This document shows, in pieces, positions 58,507-64,000 of a stretch of 64,000 nt of DNA. The stretch is taken from the NCBI GenBank assembly GCA_963787255.1, contig CAWBCJ010000029.1, forward strand, positions 640,001-704,000. Direction: 5' to 3'. The notes below the pieces were generated by a model. That model was not told the origin of the DNA, searched no databases, and saw only the letters and a list, made by a program, of their open reading frames with translations. Numbering within the stretch: position 1 is the stretch's first letter; each line of letters begins with the position of its first letter. The position numbers and the translations under genes are program-made. This stretch comes from Methanobacteriota archaeon. GTDB lineage: Archaea; Methanobacteriota; Methanobacteria; Methanobacteriales; Methanobacteriaceae.

Positions 58507-58805
58507 ATTAATTCCCCTTTAAGCTTAATTTGAATTAATTAGCTTCATTTAAACCTTTTTAGTGAATTGGATAAATAATTGAAATTTAATAAATTATTAT
58601 ATGTTATAATTCAACTGATTAATAATAGTATTCTAAGTAAAAAATAGAGTTATAAACAAATTTTAAACTATTTAGGCTAGATATGAACATTATTTAGTAA
58701 GATTAAGGATTTCATTTAATAATGGCTCATTATGCATGAAAGTTTAATTAGGCAATGATTATTATTAACAATTTTTTTATAATTATTGAAACATATAGTA
58801 TATTC

Positions 58806-59135
58806 ATGCCTCAAAAAGATTATAAAAAAATAATGGAAGAAAGCAACAAGCAGAAAAAAATCGAAGAAGAATTAAATAAAACTCGTATTAGTATAATTAG
58901 GACCATTAAAGACAGGAAAAGAGTTGAAATGGAATATTTGGATGCAGTAAAAAAACAAATGGGATACTGGAAAAGCCAAATAGAAAATACTGATCCTGAA
59001 AAAGATAAAGAAAGATATAATGTAATTAAAAAGAATATTGAAATGGAAAAAGCACATATTAAACAAATTCAAGATGAATTAAATAGAATAAACGAAGAAC
59101 TTAAAATGGCAAATGAATATCAAAAAATTAAATAA
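58806..59135 (+). CDS. Hypothetical coiled-coil protein
   Basis: E/K-rich heptad pattern. Confidence 0.55.
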   Translation: MPQKDYKKIMEESNKQKKIEEELNKTRISIIRTIKDRKRVEMEYLDAVKKQMGYWKSQIENTDPEKDKERYNVIKKNIEMEKAHIKQIQDELNRINEELKMANEYQKIK

Positions 59136-59173
59136 ACCATCAATAACTAATTATATTAACTATATTGGATAAT

Positions 59174-60116
59174 TTATATTGGATAATAATGGGTCGGCTC
59201 AGGGTGAACTTTTTTAATAAATTGTGTATTAAAAATATTTTCTTCTTTTAAATTTCCCTGCATGTAACCCAATTCATTTAATATAGGGATAAATTTGAGT
59301 GTAGATTCAATATACTCTTTTGAAATGCTTGCACAGTATTTTGGAGACACATTATACGTTTTAAGCACAAAATCTTTACTAACTACTCCAACTTCTTTTA
59401 AAACAATCTCTGCTGCTTTTTCAGGCTGTGTTCTTATTAAATTGGAAGCATCTTCGTGGGCTTTAAGGAAATCTATTATAAATTCTGGTGATTCATTGAT
59501 TAATTCTTCTTTTACAACTATTCCATAGCTTGGATTGTATGGCCAGAGTTTATTTGGAGGAATTACAACTTTAGAATCAAATCTGTTTGAAATAACTGTT
59601 GCAAGGGAAGGTGTTCCAACACCAGCAGCAATTTTACCCTCATCTATTGCATCGGGGATAAAATCTGCCCAATGGAAAATTTTCTAATGTTTATATTAAA
59701 ATCTTTGGTAATTTCATGTATAATTACATCGTGAATGCACCCTTTAGTTGGAGTTCCAATAGTCTTACCTTCAAACTGCTTTAAAACAGCTTCTAAACTT
59801 CCCAATTCCTCAAAAGATTTATAGAATTTGGGAGCAACCATTACAGTGCCTTCTACATGCCCTCCTCCGATGCATTTAATTTTTAAGCCATTTTCAATTC
59901 CTATCATAACTGGAGGAAGACCTATATAACCCACATCAATGTTTTCAGATTTGAATGCTTCTATCATTGCAGGTCCTGTTGCAAATAAAGACCATTTTAA
60001 ATCGTAATCATTTAAATATTTGGTAAATTACTATTTTTTAAGATAAATGATGTGTGATATATTGTTGAAAGGTAACCTATACGGATTTTAATTCCTCCTT
60101 TTTCTTTACATTTCAT
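59174..60116 (-). CDS. SsuA/TauA/NMT1-like substrate-binding-fold protein lacking a signal peptide (frameshifted here)
   Basis: IRIGYLSTIYHTS, ATGPAMIEAF, IGTPTKGCIHDV, NPSYGIVV, FLKAHEDA, reconstructed over several frames. Confidence 0.7.
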
Positions 60117-60118
60117 AA

Positions 60119-60134
60119 ATTAACAATTGTTATA
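60119..60134. promoter_or_regulatory. Operator copy directly upstream of the SsuA-like gene
   Basis: ATTAACAATTGTTATA, ending just before the ATG at 60116 on the minus strand. Confidence 0.65.
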
Positions 60135-60164
60135 TTTCAATAAAATAAAAAAAAAAAGGTATTT

Positions 60165-60440
60165 CTAGCCACCAGCTATAGTCTGGAAGATTACAATTTC
60201 ATCATCATCTTTCACTTCGCTTTCAAGGCCTCCTCCAGATTGTGCATCTTCTCCATTAACGAGAATTTTCATATAATCTCTTAATTCACCATTTTTATCA
60301 AATAAAGCATCTTTAAATTCATTTCCATACTTTTCAGTTAAAATATCAATTAAATCTGCAATATTTCCATTGTGATCAATATTTACAGATCTTTCTCCTG
60401 TGATATCTCTAAAACGTGCTAAAAACTTAATTTCTACCAT
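60165..60440 (-). CDS. MoaD/ThiS/SAMP ubiquitin-like sulfur carrier
   Basis: Beta-grasp pattern (KFLARFRDITG, ILVNG, DDDEI) and C-terminal GG. Confidence 0.92.
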   Translation of the reverse strand: MVEIKFLARFRDITGERSVNIDHNGNIADLIDILTEKYGNEFKDALFDKNGELRDYMKILVNGEDAQSGGGLESEVKDDDEIVIFQTIAGG

Positions 60441-60552
60441 AATATGTCTCCTGATACGTTTAAATTTAAAAATATTTATTAATATGATTTATTTTATATT
60501 TAAATCAATATTGGTCTATTTATAATCTAACTTTTAAGGTTAACTTTTGCTC

Positions 60553-60568
60553 TATAACTATTGTTATA
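60553..60568. promoter_or_regulatory. Operator copy between divergent moaD-like and hydrolase genes
   Basis: TATAACTATTGTTATA. Confidence 0.7.
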
Positions 60569-60719
60569 ATCCAGGTTATAAATTTTACTCATGAACATAG
60601 ATTCTATTGTTAGTGCTCCTGATTTTTTTGATACTGGATAAGCAAAAATTAAGATCATTATTTTAGCATGAGTAAAGTTATTACAAACAAAATATAACTT
60701 ATTAATATAAAGAACTGTA

Positions 60720-61697
60720 ATGGATGTGAAAAATATGACCCGTAAGATGGAATTGGAAAATGAAGTGTTGATACACGAGGACAAGGTCATTCGTCGTGAA
60801 ATAAGTTTTCCCAGCCAAAATGTACAGCTTAAAGGCTGGATTTATTTACCTGCAGATAGGGCGAGAAAGAAAAGCCCAGGGATAGTAACAGCCAACGCTT
60901 TAACGGCGGTCAAAGAGATTACATTACCGGGCTATGCCGAACGCTTTGCAGCAGCGGGTTTCGTAACTCTGGTATTTGACTACAGATTTTGGGGTGAAAG
61001 CGAAGGAGAACCCCGCAACCAGATAATACCCTACGAAATGCAGCAAGACCTGAAGAATGCCATCACATGGCTCGCTGAACAGCCAGAAGTTGATGCAGAT
61101 CGCATAGGAGGATGGGGTGTCTCTTTGGGTGGTGCACACATGCTTTATCTATCTGCATTCGAACGCCGGCTCAAAGCTGTAGTGGCCACGGCCACATCGG
61201 TTAATGGTATTGATACTTCAGAAATGATGATGGGAAAAGAAGCCATGCAGCAAATGATGCTCCAGCTGGCTCAGGATCGGGTGATGAGATATAAAACCGG
61301 CGCGCCTGCCACCTATAAAACTGCCTGGGGAAAATTTGGCGAAGATGTTCTATTCCCGGTGGAAGAGGCTCTGGATTTCTACATGAATGCTAAAAACACC
61401 ATAGCCCCAAACTTTGAAAATCGCGTCACTGTTCAGTCCATGGAGAATTTGAACGAATACAACCCAGACTTTGCCATCCACATGGCATCGCCTACTGCGG
61501 TACTTATTGTGCATGCTGAGCACGATGTTATACCTGTAGAGTTGGTACGTGATGTGTATGAGCGTGCCGAGGAGCCCAAGAAACTTGTGGTGAAAGACTG
61601 TAAACACACGGACCTTTATGATAAGGAGCCATGGATTACAGAATCATCAGATGAAGCTATTGGATGGTTTAGAAAATATTTAGTGAGTGTACCATGA
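60720..61697 (+). CDS. Alpha/beta hydrolase
   Basis: FDYRFWGESEG, nucleophile GVSLGG, HD, KH catalytic region. Confidence 0.85.
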   Translation: MDVKNMTRKMELENEVLIHEDKVIRREISFPSQNVQLKGWIYLPADRARKKSPGIVTANALTAVKEITLPGYAERFAAAGFVTLVFDYRFWGESEGEPRNQIIPYEMQQDLKNAITWLAEQPEVDADRIGGWGVSLGGAHMLYLSAFERRLKAVVATATSVNGIDTSEMMMGKEAMQQMMLQLAQDRVMRYKTGAPATYKTAWGKFGEDVLFPVEEALDFYMNAKNTIAPNFENRVTVQSMENLNEYNPDFAIHMASPTAVLIVHAEHDVIPVELVRDVYERAEEPKKLVVKDCKHTDLYDKEPWITESSDEAIGWFRKYLVSVP

Positions 61698-61859
61698 ACT
61701 GGCCTTTTTCACTGGTTTTTGGAGCATTTAAATAGTTTATGTATTGGTTGACTAAATATAATCTTTAAATCCTCAAATTAATTAATAATTTATGGGGTGG
61801 TTTAAATTATTTTAATTGACTGAATCTTTAAATAATTTATTTTTACAAAACTGTTATAT

Positions 61860-61875
61860 ATTCACGATTGTTATA
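61860..61875. promoter_or_regulatory. Degenerate operator copy upstream of the PNPOx-like gene
   Basis: ATTCACGATTGTTATA (right half perfect). Confidence 0.45.
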
Positions 61876-61895
61876 AATATTGGTAGGTGATTTAA

Positions 61896-62294
61896 ATGGT
61901 AATGACAGAAGAAATGATGGATGCAGTTGAAAAGGATAATGTAGTATTTTTTGCAACTGCAACTAAAGAAGGAGTGCCTAATGTTGTCCCAATTGGATTT
62001 GCAAGGCCAATTGACAATAAAACAATCATGATTGTGGACAATTACTTGAATAAGACTCGTAAAAATCTTGAAGATAACCCAAAAGCAAGTTTAGTACCAA
62101 GAGATGCTTCAAAGTGCCCTTATCAATTCAAAGGAACAGTTGAAATCTTAACTTCTGGAAAAATATTTGATGATGCAGTAGATTGGGCAACAAGTGTAAT
62201 GAGCAAACTCGCGCCTAAAGCAGCAGTTATACTAAACGTGGAAGAGATTTATACAGTGCAACCAGGTCCTGATGCAGGTTCAAAAGTGGATTAA
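61896..62294 (+). CDS. Pyridoxamine 5'-phosphate oxidase-like split-barrel flavin/F420-binding protein
   Basis: ATATKEGVPNVVP, KTRKNLEDNP, YQFKG, PGPDAG. Confidence 0.85.
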   Translation: MVMTEEMMDAVEKDNVVFFATATKEGVPNVVPIGFARPIDNKTIMIVDNYLNKTRKNLEDNPKASLVPRDASKCPYQFKGTVEILTSGKIFDDAVDWATSVMSKLAPKAAVILNVEEIYTVQPGPDAGSKVD

Positions 62295-62376
62295 TTTTTA
62301 AAATTATTTTTATTTTTCTTAAATCTAAAATAAGATGTATGGTTTAAAATAAAATTTTAATTAAGAAATTTTTAAG

Positions 62377-62733
62377 GTGATTTTAATATCAGCAAGAGTA
62401 GCTATTGCAAGTAGCGATGGAAAGTTTGTAAATCAGCATTTTGGTAGAGCGCAGCAGTTTTTAATTGTAGATATTAATGATGACGGCAGTTATGAATTTT
62501 TAGAAATTAGAGAGAATACTCCTTCATGTCATGTTGAAGGACATGATTCTTCAATTGAAGATACATTAGATTTAATTTCTGACTGTGATGGAGTATTAGT
62601 AAGTCAGGTTGGTCCTGGAGCAGCCGATAAGTTAATAGAAAGGGGAATTCAGCCCATAATAATACCAATGTTAATAGATGAGGCTATAAAGAAGGTTTAT
62701 TCGTTAATGCAGGAAAAAGATGATGAAAATTAA
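62377..62733 (+). CDS. NifB/NifX-family (FeMo-co-binding domain) protein
   Basis: VAIASSDG..VNQHFGRA..F; SDC...SQVGPGA. Confidence 0.88.
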   Translation: MILISARVAIASSDGKFVNQHFGRAQQFLIVDINDDGSYEFLEIRENTPSCHVEGHDSSIEDTLDLISDCDGVLVSQVGPGAADKLIERGIQPIIIPMLIDEAIKKVYSLMQEKDDEN

Positions 62734-62760
62734 TGGAACTAAAATTTTTTAATCACATAA

Positions 62761-62883
62761 TATAACGATCGTTAATTTTATATATGATGTTCTTTACTAA
62801 ATGAATATAACTATAGTTATATTATGGCATCCTCAGCCAATAAAATGTATAATCTGTAACAATGTTATATAACTATAGTTATA
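62761..62883. promoter_or_regulatory. Cluster of 3-4 operator copies upstream of cysK
   Basis: TATAACGATCGTTAAT 62761-62776; TATAACTATAGTTATA 62806-62821 and 62868-62883; TGTAACAATGTTATA 62855-62869. Confidence 0.8.
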
Positions 62884-62937
62884 TATTACATAAAAAACAA
62901 TAGAAAAAATAGATATAGTATTACAATGGTGAGAAAT

Positions 62938-63926
62938 ATGGTAAAAATACCAGAATTAAAAAGAGGAATAGCAAATAATGTAACAGAACTGATAGGAAAT
63001 ACTCCTCTTGTAAGGTTAAACAGAATTACCGAAGGGACAGACGCAGAGGTTGTAGCAAAGCTTGAATCATTCAACCCTTTAAGCAGCGTAAAAGACAGAA
63101 TAGGAGTTGCAATGATAGAATACGGGGAAGAACAGGGACTTATTAATAAAGATTCAGTTCTTAGTAGAACCTACAAGTGGAAATACCGGTATTGCACTTG
63201 CATTTGTTGCAGCAGCTAAAGGATACAAACTTATTCTTACAATGCCCGATACAATGTCCATAGAAAGAAGAAAGTTGCTTGCACTTCTCGGTGCCGAAAT
63301 TGTATTAACTCCTGGTGCAAATGGAATGAAAGGGGCTGTAGCCAAAGGCAGAAGAACTATCCGAAAGTATACCTAATGCAGTAATGCCTCAACAGTTTAA
63401 AAACCCTGCAAACCCAAAAATCCACAGGGAAACAACTGCACATGAAATATTAAGAGATACAGATGGTAAAGTAGATATATTAGTTGCAGGTGTAGGTACT
63501 GGTGGAACAATAACAGGTATTGCAGAAGTTTTAAAAGAAAAAAACCCTGATTTTAAGGCAGTAGCAGTCGAACCAATATCCTCTCCAGTATTATCTGGAG
63601 GAAAACCCGGACCGCATAAAATTCAGGGAATAGGGGCAGGATTTGTTCCTGATATTCTTAGAACGGATTTAATAGATGAAATCATTCAAGTAAAGGACGA
63701 AGACGCTGCAAGTACATTATTAAGACTTGCAAGAGAAGAAGGAATACTTGCAGGTATATCATCAGGGGCTGCAACATGGGCTGCCATTGAACTTGCAAAA
63801 AGAGAAGAAAATGAAGGTAAAAGGATAGTAGTAATTCTACCAGATACAGGAGAAAGATACTTAAGTATGGACTGGGTATTTGAAGAAGTTTTCCATACCT
63901 ACAATCAAAAGGATTTCTCCAACTAA
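62938..63926 (+). CDS. cysK: Cysteine synthase A (two apparent 1-nt insertions near 63163 and 63346)
   Basis: [43 protein letters not shown]. Confidence 0.9.
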
Positions 63927-64000
63927 GGTCATAGAATATCCATTTATTTCTATTTTTATTTTTCAACGAAAATTCCTGAAATGGAGGCGTGCAAATGTTT

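Noticed and set aside
62761-62883. Repeated 16-mers as a mini CRISPR array
   Set aside because: Repeats are too short, partly overlapping and irregularly spaced, and no cas genes are present; an operator cluster fits better

Overview
This is an AT-rich archaeal window, most consistent with a Methanobacterium-type (Methanobacteriales) methanogen. From left to right it contains: (1) a small accessory patch ending at tRNA-Ser; (2) the core rpoH-B''-B'-A'-A''-rpl30e-nusA-rps12-rps7-EF2-EF1a-rps10 operon; (3) a five-tRNA cluster and tpiA-pgk; (4) several putative cell-envelope genes, taw1, the korDABC-sucC operon and mptD; (5) an envelope locus in which psd-pssA-DUF515(CpaB-like)-sortase substrate-sortase lies divergent from hyp-mreB-rnhB-exbB-exbD; (6) cofactor and methanogenesis genes (purO, cofE, cofD, gch3, atwA, marker 9, sirC, hemA); (7) a cluster of GMC oxidoreductase, ThiF/E1, HdrCBA with a Cys-less MvhD domain, a signal-less SsuA-like protein, MoaD/SAMP, a PNPOx-like protein, a NifX-like protein and cysK. 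The promoter regions of cluster 7 share a palindrome, TATAACnATnGTTATA. The two best candidates for undescribed systems are this putative sulfur regulon and the lipid-synthesis-coupled sortase / MreB / ExbBD locus. Several housekeeping genes carry single-base indels that look like sequencing errors. All family calls come from motif recognition by eye; no database searches were run.
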